From: Euglena gracilis
Lineage: Eukaryota
Length of the DNA stretch: 64,000 nucleotides
NCBI GenBank assembly: GCA_039621445.1
Contig: CP154954.1
Location: 18,072,589 to 18,136,588 of the forward strand
Direction of reading: 5' to 3'
Shown here: positions 1 to 13,200 of the stretch, piece by piece
How positions within the stretch are numbered: position 1 is the first letter of the stretch
How the letters are laid out: each line of letters opens with the position of its first letter
Notes under the pieces: generated by a model
The model's input: only the letters and a program-made list of their open reading frames with translations
Told to the model about the DNA's origin: nothing
The model's database searches: none
Program-made: the position numbers and the translations under genes

Positions 1-1750
1 ACACTACCCCCCCCACATACCCCCCCCACACCCCCCCCCCACACTACCCCCCCCACACATACCCCCCCACACACCCCCCCCACACACCCCCCCCACAGTA
101 CCCCACATTTAAGTGTGGGGGCTCCACTTTATGCCATATGTGCAACGATGTTTGACGAAACCAAACGTACACAGGTGGTGGCAAAAATTGCCGTCCGAAC
201 ACGTGGTGTTTATCGGACAAGCGTGTTCGTTGGACACAGAGGAGGGGGGAATATTTTAACCGGAACGAGCAAATCAATTCAATGATAATTCAATGTTCAT
301 TGGTTCTGTTGATGAAATGATGGTGCTGATTTTCCCAATTGATGGGGGAAGCCGAAGATGTGAGAGCAACCACAGATCAGCCCCCTTGAAGCTTCGATTG
401 CGACCTGAAAATGTCGACCCGTGGCCCAAGGTGCGAACCATTTGTGGAGAAGTGGGGGGTTCACGAGGAGCACGACACTGGGTCAGCTCGGTAAGTGCGG
501 TAGAGGGGAGGGCACACCTTGCACGGGAAATTGCCAGAAAAAAACTGCACCCAGATTGTCCAGATATCACACCTCGAAACAGAACCACCTCTAAACTCTG
601 GAAAGGAGATGTCCTGTTCGTGCCTTCTTCATGAGCTCTTTTCTCTGTCATCTTTTGGGAGAAACAAAATAGACAAAAACAGAATCATCTACTCTCTTCC
701 AGCATTTCTTAATTACTGTGAGTGTGACTGCTGGGGACAAGTACGTTGCTGTCCCGACGAAGCGCCCCGAAACAAGACAGTTGGTTGAAATCCTTGGGAG
801 GTTACTTTGGTAAAGATGTTCGGGGGAAGGTTGGGGGGTGTTTTGTATGCCGGACAATACAATCACTTAGTCACTGGCCAACCCCCCCCCAGGGGTTGGG
901 TGACAGATTTTTTTCAGAGTGACTGACTGGTTTTTGGCCTCCACCCCCTCCGCCCCCTGGGGGTCAGCAAAAAAAACAACACTGAAGTGGCCAGGCGCAA
1001 AAGGCGCCGGAAAAATCCTCTGGCCTCATTCTCACGTTTGTGGTCAGTCAAATTTCCCTTGGATTCCAGAGTCGCTGACCACCCGGGGGGGGGGGGGGTA
1101 TTGACTGACTGGTTTTCTGAGGAGAGAAAAAAAATATGAGTAAGTGGTTTTTGGAGGAATGGAAATGACCACTCGGGGGTCGTTGGAAAAATTGGATGTG
1201 GAACCCGCTCTGGAACCCGCTCTTCCTGGGACTTGGGTTAAATTTCTGTCGCGTGAATCATGGAACGTTGACCTGTTTTTCCTGTCCATACCATTGCTTA
1301 CCCACCCCACCCACGGGGGGGGGGTCACTTTCCACTTCCAAAGCCAGTCACCCACTTCACACCCCGGGGGGTTGGACATGCCTGAAGCAATGGCATGGCC
1401 CCGTCCCCAGACTGTACTCTGTTTCTTCAAATCAAGTCTGACGTTTGAAATGATTGGAAAGTAGCATTTCCAAAGCCCCTGACATGGAAAAGACCACTTC
1501 GAAAATGCACCACAAATGCAAAAAAAAAACCCAACAAGCACGATAGAGGTCTATTCCCGGCCAAATCCTTGAGGCCAGAGAGGCACCAGTTGTGGACGCG
1601 ACCATGAATGTGTCTGTGCCGAACCAGCAAATGACAAAAAACATGCGAGGGGAATGGAATTTGGAATTGATTTGAGCCCCATTTCCCCCCGGAGGCTATC
1701 TTTGATCTTCCTATTCAAAACATTTCAAAAATTTCCGCACACCCTTTTGG

Positions 1751-2130
1751 GTAAACCCTCCTCCCAAATAGTACCCTTCTGGGTATTATTTTTTCGCCCG
1801 AAGTCCCGGCCCGAGGGGGGGGTATCATTTGGGTGGAGTGTAATAGCATCCCAAAATTTTCGAAATTTTTCGAAGTCCCGTAGGACCCAAAATAGCACCC
1901 AAAACCCCCCTTTGGGGTCATTTTTTGTACTTTCTCATGAAATTTTACAATTTTGGAGGCCAGATGATCCACAAAATTGATTTTTTCCCCTAATTTGTTG
2001 TCAGAGATTGAGATTTTTGCCTTCAGGTTAAAATCCGGGTCGTTGGCCCCAGATTGGGGGGGTATTAATTCGGTCTGGGGGTGTTATTTGGGGGATTATT
2101 TGGGGGGGGGATTATTTGGGGGGTTTATCT
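1751..2130. repeat. Dispersed MITE-like repeat, second copy at ~28122-28551
   Basis: Shared AAAATTTTCGAAATTTTTCGAAGTCCC core; TAAAC..CCCAAATA / TATTTGGGG..GTTTA inverted ends. Confidence 0.7.
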
Positions 2131-2883
2131 TATGCCAGAAATGACAACTTTCCCTGTCCCAAACCAACCAACAACACAGAGGGAATGAATGTGATACCAA
2201 AAATCACACATGCATGTGGAGTCCTCTGTTTGATAAGAATTGTGAGGTTGCTAGTATGAAATGCACCCCACTGGGCACCAGTTGGTTGGCAGGGAAGGAG
2301 GCAATATGGTGCAGGTGCTAGACCATGAAACCAAAGTGAACACAATGCTCGGAGACAGCAATTAGAACACCCACAGTGGCCGAGGGAGGACACCGAGGCA
2401 AACTTAGGCGGCGTGAATTGCCGAACCGATTTTTGTGTTTTTTGACGTTTTTTGGCTGGTTTGAAATCCCCCTAAAAGGGCACAAAAGTTTAGGTTCAGG
2501 GCTGCGTCGTAGCTTTGGGCCAAAAATTTCCATGTGTGGTTTTGTCCGGTTATCCACCTAAACATTTTCCGATTGTGTGTGATTTGTGTGTTTTGGGGGC
2601 AGTTTAGAACAGCTTGAAAAGGTTAAAATAAAGGAGTTTTGAATGAATGTGACATGGAGCTGTGCCTCCATGGTTTTTATGTTGTTGACTATTTGAGAAA
2701 CGAATGAATGTTGCAAGCGTACGCTGATAACCTCCAAAAATGAAACAAGAGGTGTCAGAGTTTAGGCAGATATCTATGTTGAATAAACGATTACCGTCTA
2801 AAGGTGTAAACAAAGAATGGTTCGCAGATTACCGCCACCATAAAACAAGCAATTGATGATTTGTAGGAGGGAATCCGCCTGCT

Positions 2884-2890
2884 GTGTGTG

Positions 2891-2977
<87 letters not shown>
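2884..2977. repeat. (GT)n/(GCGT)n microsatellite
   Basis: Direct inspection. Confidence 0.95.
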
Positions 2978-2981
<4 letters not shown>

Positions 2982-3299
2982 GGTAAGTGATTGGCGACTT
3001 GGTGTGGGTGGAGGTCCGTATGGGGTGAATAAGAAACATGGTGGTGTCCTGGTGGTATTGCCCTACCCGAGACCGGCATTGGCCAGATGCCGGTACCTGC
3101 TGGGGTCTCTGCAATGGGGCGCAATAACACCATAGCCAATGGTGGCTGAAGAACTCCCTGACGACGTGGGCAGGTGCCACCTGATGATATCCTGCTTTTG
3201 CCAACGCTCTTGGATAGAAATGGCCTGTCTAAAACGGGCCAAAAACAAAAAAGCAAAATTAACTGATTTATGAAGCTCTGCACTCATAGCATCCCGTTA

Positions 3300-3614
3300 C
3301 AGGCTTCTTTTTAAGTCAGCAGACCCCCCCCCCCCCCCCGGGGGGGGGGGGGGGGGGGGGGTTCCTGACCGGCCCCCCCCCGGGGGGGGTGGGGGTCCCG
3401 CGCCGGAGGCGCTGGGTATACCTTTTCGGCGCGAAGCGCCGAAAATTTTTGAAAAATTGCCTTTAACGGGCCCGATTTTGGGGGGGGTCCCCGCCCCCCC
3501 CCCCCCCCCGGGGGGGGGTCCCTTCCCCCCCCGGGGGGCGGGTCCCGCGCCACCCTGGGTGGGTGGGGGGGAACCCCCTTCTCCCCCCCCCCCGGGGGTC
3601 TTAAAAAGAAGCCT
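3300..3614. mobile_element. G/C-run-rich MITE with 15-bp TIR
   Basis: AGGCTTCTTTTTAAG/CTTAAAAAGAAGCCT; terminus resembles the 22004 element; TSD degenerate. Confidence 0.6.
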
Positions 3615-6600
3615 CCTGTATGAGCAAACCCACAAAGCCTTTCCACCGCCAGCAATTTGGTTTTAGGCAGTTAACCGCCTAACCGGACCCACATTAATTT
3701 AAAAAAAACGTTGAGGAGTTTGCATGGGGTTGGGTGGGGACCAAGAGACGACGTGGGCGGTTATCCGCTTGAAAAAAAAATACAGAGTACCACCCAGAGG
3801 CCAACAGCTGACTTGTCACGTTTGAGCACTGAGGCTTGGCCTCCTTTTATGTGTTTGGATGGAGACGGGGTTTGCAGAGACACCTTTAAGGGAGAGAGGG
3901 GCATACCAGCTGTGAGGTCAGAGAGGTCAGGCGGGAAACCGCCTGGACGCGTTTGGGTGGGCTGAAAAAGCAAACGGGATTGTGGACGATTGGGGGAGGG
4001 GAGTGGATGATGGGAACCTCCCTTGAATGCCATCTGCTGGCTTGTTTGCAAAGTTCTGAAACTCTTCCTTCACTACTTGTGACAGCAGTCGCAGTCGAAT
4101 CTTTGCGGAGGACATGGATGACAGATGTTGTTGCCAGGCTGCCAGGCAGTTTGCACGGACTGGTGTCTGGCGTGTTTTGGCGGGTTCGAGGACCAATTGC
4201 ATTGGGTCAAACGTCGACCCAGCGTTGGTTGAGAACGAGGGTCCGGCAGCATCGCAAACAACCGGAGCTACGGAGGCCAGGTGTTCTCCCATTGTTTTGC
4301 GTTGTGTAAACTTCAAGGCGTTCCAGGGGGTGTTTCCCAACCCCCCCCCAAAACAGCCACATATTTTCAAAATCGGCACTTTGCCAAGTGCCCAAATAGA
4401 CCTAAAACGACCCAAATTTTTCCACCCGCATCACCTCCTAAAAGTTTCAACTCTAAACAGGTGGGGTCGGCTAAGCGAAAGCCCTCGCACCTCAAACACA
4501 CAGAAATTGGAAAAAAAATTGGGCAACTCACGTCGCCTGAGGCAAACGGCGTCCACAGCCTCACCGAACAAGAACAGGAACGGTTGGGAGGAAGGTTAAA
4601 ACAACAAATACAGGCTTGCTCTTCACGGCCCTGTTTCATTGGGTTGCCGGGCAAATCCCTCGATGGGCCAAGGCGACAAGGAACGCGGTCCTCAATGCGG
4701 CTGACATGGGAAACCTGCCGTGGTGGATGAGGCACCCCGGTAGGAAGTCTGGGCGACATTGGCTGGGAGTCCTGCCACAGCAGGCCTTCTGCCCCTCCCC
4801 TCCAGCATGGCATTACCTACCCCCCCCCCACCCCCACCCCTGGGAAACTGTCACCCGATGGGTCAGTCGGTACCAAGGACCCTGACAGTTTTCCCAGGCG
4901 GGACCCTGGCAGTTTCCCAGAAAGGGCATTTCAAGTGGAAAATCGATTGAAAATGGCCCGTGACAGGTTGGTCAGTACCGGGGATGCTGACAACTTCTTA
5001 TTTGACAAGTGGGCTGGTGACGGTGACCCTGACCAGGCTTTTGCTTAAGGACTGGGGAGGGGGGGTCCATTGGTTAGCCATTTTGCTAGTCACTTGAAAG
5101 GCCACTAGCTAGACCCCCCTTCCCCAGGAGGGGTCTGGGGGAGCCCCCTGGTGGGAAAAAATTTCCTCTGGCGCTGAGCGCCGAGAAAATAAGTTTCCAA
5201 AAATTTTTCAAGAATAGCTGAAAATGGGCATTTTGGGCAAGTTTTGGGTTCCAGAAAAAAATTTAGCGCTTCTGGGAGTTAATCCCCTCCAATACGGGGG
5301 TGTAACAGGTCTTAAATCGTGTTCCGGGTGTCAGGGTACAGGGTCCCAGGGGTTACAAAAAAATGGTACATTTGCGCAAATGCGCGCATCAAAAGGAAAA
5401 AAGCTTAAGTGCGAAATCGGCCGCCCACTAGGATTTCAACTACCTCCTCCCCCCCTGTCTAAGCACCGGAAAAGATGGGTAAGAACCTGGGGGGTGGTGC
5501 TTATTTTTCCAAAATATGGGTAAGAACCAGGGGGGTGGTGCTTAGACAGGGGGGAACAATTTGACTGCAAAAAATATCCGGCGCTTCGCGCCGAAAAGGA
5601 AAAATTCCCCCTATCTTGGAGGTCCACTGTTGAACTTACACACATTTGGACGCAGAAATCAACAATACCTCACCAAATCAGGCCTCAGAAGTTGCAGAAA
5701 TTTCGAATTTTTTGAGAAATTTCCCTGAAAAATGCACACAAAATAAACTCCCCATGACGATGACCTTTAAAAAGATGGGTAAGAAAGAACCGGGGGGGGT
5801 GCTTAGACAAGGGTGGTGCTTAGACAAGGGGGGGGAGGTAGCCAAATTTGGACTGGCTGCAGTCGAACCCTCCCCCCCCCCAAAGCGCACTTCGAGCCCT
5901 TAATTAAAAGCCTGACCATGACAGGTTCTCGGGTATCAAAATTTCCGGGGGGGGGTAGGCAATTCAAACAGACCAAACAAGGAAGCAAAGTTACTTTGGG
6001 CCCTTTGTTTACAGCTGGAGCGGCAGCCTGGAGGCGAAGACAGCAAAGAGGAGGGCCAATTTTCGGCCAAAGCGACCGAAGAGGAAAGCAGCCTTCCCCA
6101 TGCGTGTCAACCCCAGAAGGTGTTTGCGGGCCAACAGAAGTTGTCCATCAGAGACACCCAGAGAGGGGCAGATGAAGAAATGAAGGTGATGCACTAAGTA
6201 GCCCCAAAAAGAGAAATTGAAACATAAATTTTATTCCTGCGCATGAAGCCAGGTCCTGGATATTAACATTTAGGGTTAGGGTTTGGGCTGGAGATTAATA
6301 TTTAAGGGGTTAGTATTGGGGGAGGGGCAACGCCATTTCTCTACTCCCTTGTCTAAGCCCCAAAATTAAGCAAAACCACAGAACCACTTGAAACACTTAG
6401 CTTTGGAAAGTCTGGCCCCAACACCAACAACATCTGGGCTAACCCCACGTCTGGGCTAACCCCACGAGAAAAAGTGGCAACTTTTAAATGAGCGAAATCA
6501 GGAGACAAAAAATATGACACGGCCTGGCGGAAAAAGATACCTCTCCACCGAAATAGAGCAAGGTTTCAAAGAGTCAACAACCTGGAAAGGACAATTTCTT

Positions 6601-7370
6601 CGATGAGGTAATGCGGAAAGGAGCTTTGCACATTTGCAGGTGCAACAGCTGAACGTACAAAAAAATCTGCACCAAAGTCAGCAGGGAGATTAAAGGGAGA
6701 ACAAAGAGGGAGTGAAATGGAAAAAAACGCAGAGCTCCAGGTGCCCAATATATGAGTGGCTGGAATTCTTAGATCCATGATAAGAAACCACATGCACAAA
6801 ATGAAATCGCTGACTCCCTTCACGTATTCCGCCGAACCGCCGATACAGAAAAACACACCAAACCCCCACAACACATCACACCCATCCACAGCACCATACA
6901 GCACCGGATACGGTGACATTGCCTCCCCCCAATAATTTCGCCCTCTACAAATTTTGTAGACCGATGTTTTTGGGCCATTTATTTTTTATTTGGGCAATAC
7001 TCAAAACCATTGTTAGACCAATTGATTTTTCCTAAAGGCTGCTTTTTTATTATTAAAAAAATCATTTTCCTGAATGGCTATTTTCATTGATAATGCTGAT
7101 GTGATTTAATGCATACAACAGAACATTATAGCACTTTGGATGATTTTTGCGCTTACAACCTCCTGATTGTCCAAAAAGATGCATCAGTCTGTCAAGCTTT
7201 TTGTTGTGAAGGGCAAAGAGCAAAATTATTTGGGCAGACCTTTTTCCGTCCTCCCCGTGCCAAAGTTATCTGGGCACGCAGAGCTTCAGCACAGTGCAAA
7301 GTTATTGGGGGAAGGGGGTTAACTGCACCCACGCCGAGCGACGGCGGGGCCGCTGCGCTTTTCGGTCCAC

Positions 7371-7440
7371 TCACTTCTCCCGGAAGTGGAACACGCCGTC
7401 CCACGGCCGGTCGGCCTGCGCGTGCTCCAGCTGGGCGGCC
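7371..7440 (-). CDS. Cyclase gene last exon (AAQLEHAQADRPWDGVFHFREK*)
   Basis: In-frame join to exon 7543-7616; TGA at 7373-7371; intron ends pair (CCGGATGTCGCTT / AAGCGACGCCCTG). Confidence 0.85.
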
Positions 7441-10175
7441 AGGGTCAGGGCGTCGCTTCACAAACCGCCTGGGGTTTGGGTTGGCTGCCGTCTGGCTGGT
7501 GGGTCGGGGGTGGGGCCTTCCAACGGAAGCGACATCCGGGCCAGGGCGGCCCACGCCTTGTCTGGCGGGTCGAGCAGCGGGTTGGCCGCCAGCAGCTGCC
7601 GCGCCTGCTGCGGGTCCACAGCAGCCCGCCGCGCCGGTGTTTGGGGTCCCAGAAAACGGGCTGCCTCCCAGAAAACGGGGCGGTTCCCCTGAATGGCACG
7701 CTGCTGCTACCCCCCCCCCCTGTCCCTTGGCCTGGTCCTTTTTACAACCCACGGGTGGAGGGTGGTGGGCGGACCACCACCCACTCACTTCTGAGGTAAT
7801 TTGGGGTCTTCTGTTTTGCTTTTTTGGCACTTTGCAACAAAAATCCAGGATTTATCCTTAAAATCGAGTTTAAATGTGTGCTTCACACCAGTACCTTAGT
7901 CCATAAAATGCACTATCCTGACAGAATTTATTGACCTTCTCAGATGTCTGCACAACACCTCCGCTTTGTGGATGTCTTCCACTCTGCTCTTGTCCCAAAA
8001 ATCCCTGTTGTTAAGGCTTCAAAATTTAAATGAGCTTTGGTCCACTTATGCAGTTGAAAACACAAAGCATTAGAATGATTGATGTGTGCAATTGCGCACA
8101 CCAACCACCCAAAAACACTGGGACTGTTTGTGGGGACAGAGTCCAGCACCACAGCGCCAATGAGCGATAACAGCAGCGCATCTCTATGGCATGCAGCACC
8201 TGGTGTGATGACATAACCCCTATCTGGCTATGTCACGCAGAAATGGAAATGGGGGGAGTGGGGGTTTCATTTTTTTCTTTGGTAAATTCGGTTCGGGGAG
8301 GTCAGTCCCAGCGCCTCACGACTCGGCGATGTGTTTCGGTGGGTCAAAAACACCAAATTTGCACCATTGCCCCCCAGGTGTCACCACTGGAAATTTGCGA
8401 AAGCCTGAGGGCCGGCGTGTCACAAGCAAGTCAAAAACCTGGACCCCAATTCAAATAAAAAATTCAAACAGTTTGAGTCCGTGTGTGTATTAGCGCACAC
8501 TGACACAAAAATGATTACCCGCCCCCCCCCCCTTGTCCAACGACCGGGTTCCTGCAACCCCCGACCGGGGGGAGGGGTGGGGGGGGGGGAGGGGGTCGTA
8601 CCACCCCCCAACCTGCAAACCCCCGAACGAGGCGGTGGTCGGAAGGGGCTCGTACTAGGGGCCAAAACAAAAACCAAAAGCCAAAAAAGGTGCAATTTCA
8701 TAACGGTGGAGGTTGCCACCGGCGCCTCTCAGCATGGAGGTCAGAACGGGCGGTATCCCGTGGTACAAAACACATTACGGGACAATGACACAAACACGGG
8801 AAAAAGCTGGTCGACAAGCACATGAGAGGTAAAAAATTTTTGTGGTCACCTGCAACCCCCGACCGGGGGGGGTGGTACCCCCCCAACCTGCAACCCCCGG
8901 CCAGGGGGTGGTCGGTATATGGGGGTGGTCGGTGGACAAGGGGGGGGGGGGCGGGTAAGAACGAGATCCGCTGCCAAAATACAACTTAGAATTGATTGCA
9001 TGGCTTCATTCAACGTTGATCCAATGGAGGTAAAATATGGACGATTTAACCAGGATTGCAAATGGTGACAGGATACTTCTGAATTGGAAGTCTGCGACGT
9101 GCTGGTGGCCGGCCACCGTAGCAGTGTACGCCTCCTCGTACCGGGCTGCAGACTGCAGCAGCGCCGTGCGGTCCACCTGTGTCCAGTGGTACGCCACCTG
9201 GCCAGAGGCAGGCCGGGGGCTTTCTGCTCGCACCAACCCACTGGGTTGCCAGCTGATGCAACGTGCAACGTTTGAAATATTGCACCAGAGTTGCGTCGAG
9301 GACTCCAGGATTGAATTTCAGGTCTAAAAACAGGACACTGACGAGGAGATCGTTGATTGAAGCTCAATTTCGGCGCTACCCTCAAATTTGATTCAGGGCA
9401 ATGGGAGACCCAAACTGCCAATTTGGAACCTCAGCCCCACTCACTAAACCCACAATGCATTGCTTCCTCCCTCGTCTATGTGCTGGGCGGTTCTCAGCAT
9501 CTTCTTTTGGAAGGCGAGTTTCAGGAAGCCCCGTTTTTCGCAAATTCTGCCACCTCCCCAGAAATTTTCAGCTGACAGATTGGACAGTCCCAGGGGCAAA
9601 TACCTCTCATGACAGGTTGGCTGGCATCGGGGACCCTGAAAATTTACGGCAGGTGGGGCCCTGACAGGTTCTCGCTAATGCCTGGAACGGACCGTTTGCA
9701 CAACGGTGGAAATGGTTTGGTTGCACTCAACAAATCTTTCTGAAGTCAAAGGTCATGGGTATGCTGAATACGTAAATCTAGGTGCCACTTATTGTATTGA
9801 AGGGGAAAAAAACGGCACCTTTGTGCAATTGCGCAAAAGAACAAGCCAACTACGTGTCAAGATGATGGGCTACCCAACCTGGGAGGGGTAAGATATTGCT
9901 CAAATACTTAGAGGTTGCAGAAACTCCTGAAGCGTGATCTGGGGGAACCGTGGTTTTGCCAGTCAGAAACAGGTCTGTCCCCGGCCGTGTGTGGGGCTGC
10001 ACAACTCCAGGCTTGTGCCCACAGTTTTGGCCAGGAACCACTGTTGCACCTTGAGACATGTTGGCCAACGGAAATGTCCGCCGTCGAACACCCACCCACT
10101 GAAACCATGCCCAAGAGCACAACCCTGTGGGAGAGAAGGTCGGCATTTGGGTGAATGGGGACTGGTGACAAATTG

Positions 10176-10225
<50 letters not shown>

Positions 10226-10265
10226 GCACACACACACGCACACGCACACGCACACGCACACGCAC

Positions 10266-10297
<32 letters not shown>

Positions 10298-13200
10298 GCA
10301 CACCCACCACCCACACCCACCCACCCACCCACCCACCCACACACACACGCACGCACGCACGCACACACACACACACACAAATGCCCAACGAATGGCCTTT
10401 TGAATTCCAGTATGACACTTCAAGGAAATTAAATTTTAAATGAAAATTTATATATATCTCTCTCTGAAAAGAATCTGATGGAAAGGTATGGTTAAGAGGT
10501 GTCTGCAGAAACAGTAGCTGCTGAGACAAACTCCAAATGAACATCCGATTGGGGGGAAAATACACTGTCCATTCCTCGGTTGGTGGTAGGGGGCAGTTAA
10601 ACTGCCCTCCCATACCCCGCAACCTTCAAACTAACCACTGCCTAGTCCCCTTCTGGGCGACCAACTAAAGACAAGACCTCCAAGCGAAGGAGAGAAAATG
10701 AGGACATCTAGGAACAAGGACCTCAACGTTAAACAAAATCTAAGGGAGCAAATGGCCGATAAAATCGGACGACATCAAGAAGGAATTGGTGTGATCTGGC
10801 ACCACTGGACCTTCAACCGTCTTCACAAAATGGCAAAGGCAATTTTTTCAACTTTTCAATTTTAATTTGGATTCTTTCCCTCCTGGACAGGACGTCGGCG
10901 GCTCTAGGCCGAAGGTCGGTCCTTCAAGGGTTAGTGTTAACAAAAAACACGTCCCACAAAGAACGTTCTGGCTGTTCTGGCTGGAGGAGCAGGTTCAACG
11001 TCACCTGAGAAAAATGATCCTTCAGGTGGCACGGACAAACAGACATAAAGTTTGTGGACAAAATTACAGCCACGCCAAATTTTTCGGTTTATGATAAACC
11101 GTAAACTTTGCGTGGCCATCACTCTGGCCCCTTCAAAATTGAATTGGGGTCTTTTCTAGGTTTTGGCCACTATATTGGAAGAAGTCGCTGGCGTGATGGT
11201 TTTGGGGTTTCAAGGTGAGGAAAATGAATGCATTCACATTGTTGCAAGTGCCAGGGAATTCCTTACAGACCCAGGGGGGAGGGTCCAGCTGGACAGCTGG
11301 AAGAAGGTGGCTGGATCCCCCTGGGGAGTGGGGGGCCCAAGAGGGGTCCTGGCGGCTGCCCGGCTGGAACCAGAAGACTGGCAAAAAAAAAGCACAAATC
11401 CAGCTGGGATGCATTTGTCACCCCAACATTTGGGGTGAACCCCCCTCCAAAAGACGCTCAAAAATGGCCATTTTGCCGTGATTTAAAAAGCTTTTGCGCT
11501 TCGCTTCGCCTTTTTTCTTCTTTTTCCCCCTTTATCGGTCCAGCCGGCTTTTTTGGGATTCGAAAACTTCATAACCCCCCCCCCCCCCCCCCCCCCCGGG
11601 TCCTCAGCCCATATGGGAGCTGCTTGCTGGAAAAAAATGGTGCACGTTGGCTGGACCTGCAGCACAGCTTAAGAAATTCCGTGATCTAGGCTCGTCAGCA
11701 GTCGATTACAATTCTTGGGTCAAACGCCCCCGTTGCAACGTTTGGATGACAAACCGAGCATCGCAATCCCCGATTGGCAGCTTGGCAGGTTTGTACATGA
11801 CTTTCGGGTGCTCCACATCCTCCATGTCCAGGCTGGCAGCCCCCGGAAGCTGCACTGCCTCCAGGCTGTGTTTCTCCATCATGGCTTCACTTTTAACACA
11901 CTGGACGTGGGTATTTGTCCCCACGACCAAACCCACCCACTCATTTTCTTGAAAACGCACACACCCACAACCCCCCAGTTGAAGCCCCGCATCACACAGA
12001 GTTTAAGTGAAGGTAGGGTCTCTGTGTGTTCCGCCTTGCACAGCACCTCGAACACCAGAAGAACCTCAATGACAGGGCCGAGTAACGTGAAAAATTTTGC
12101 CTGACATTGTTTCAACTGGGCTGAATTCAACCCAGGGCCCCTGTCAAACAATTTCTTACCGACCCTCCAGGGGAGGGGGAGCTTCTTCACTCATCCAAAA
12201 CCAGTCAGTAACTTTTTGTTGGAAAAGCAATCAGTCACTACCCCTTCCAAGGTTCTTTGAGAAATTCCCTGTAGCAGTCACCAGCCATGCAATTACTTAG
12301 TCATTTGGTGGGTGACTGGTTTTTTCTTCAGAATGACTGACTAGTTTTTTTGCACCAAACCCCCTGCCCTGGGGGGGGGCAAAGCCACTGAAGTGACCTG
12401 CTGCCGAATGTGCTGGGAAATTTTTTGTGGCTTTTTCAGTTTTTGGTCCATTTCCTTTTCATCCCAGAGTGGCTGATCCCCGGGGGATGCCCTTCGGCGC
12501 AGGTCCTCTGATGGCGGGCGGCGGTGCCCCCCCATCCATTCCATCGCCGGGCCCTGGGCTGCCTTGCCGGGCACTGTCACCCGCCCCAGCCGGCGGAAGT
12601 GGAAGTCCTCCGCACAGGCCTGGTACGTGGAACCGGAGACGCAGATGTACGTCCCCAGCAGGCTGCCTGTCTTGGAGCCCCCGCCTCGCCCTTGGGACAA
12701 AAACTTCTGAGGAAGCCAGAAAGCCAAATTTGGTTTCATCATTTTGATTTGGGTACTGACATTTTGTCCTGGGTCTATTGCCTTTGGTTGGTTCTGTTGG
12801 ATTAGACATGGGGGGGGCTTGGAATCCCTCCCCATTCATTGGGGAACTGAACCCCTGACAGCCTGAGGGGAACCCCCAACTGCATGACCATCATTGTTGT
12901 GCCTACGGGGAAAAATTGATGTTTCAAACACTTCAAACGATTCAAAAACACAAATAAAACAAAATAAAATGACATTGATATATTGAAGATTTCATGAAAT
13001 TTGGGAATGTGCGGCTGGTCCCCAGATAATTCTCAACCAGCCCCAAACGAATCGAAAGCTGGTGTCACAGTCAGTGCAACCCTCAAAAACCAATGACACA
13101 CTTCCTGACCCCCACAGCAATGTTTGTACTGCTTTTGGACATGAAGAAAGCCTGGGCCCAAACTTCTTGTTGAGCCCCTCCAGCCGGGAGGACAGATTGG

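Noticed and set aside
1-7300. Protein-coding genes in the first 7 kb
   Set aside because: Only short low-complexity ORFs, G/C runs and MITE-like repeats; no recognisable domain.
7109-7861. 250-aa plus-strand ORF and similar antisense ORFs over GC-rich exons
   Set aside because: Shadows of minus-strand exons and low-complexity DNA.
8130-8190. Possible cyclase exon HRDALLLSLIGAVVLDSVP
   Set aside because: The intron starting at 9107 pairs better with the end at 7617 and gives a more plausible VAG-DPQQARQLL join.
9850-10622. ORFs of repeated HT/CV/RV dipeptides
   Set aside because: Translations of microsatellites.
11790-11925. Possible linker exon containing SLDMEDVEHP
   Set aside because: Plausible, but no phase-consistent paired junctions were found, so it is not listed as a feature.
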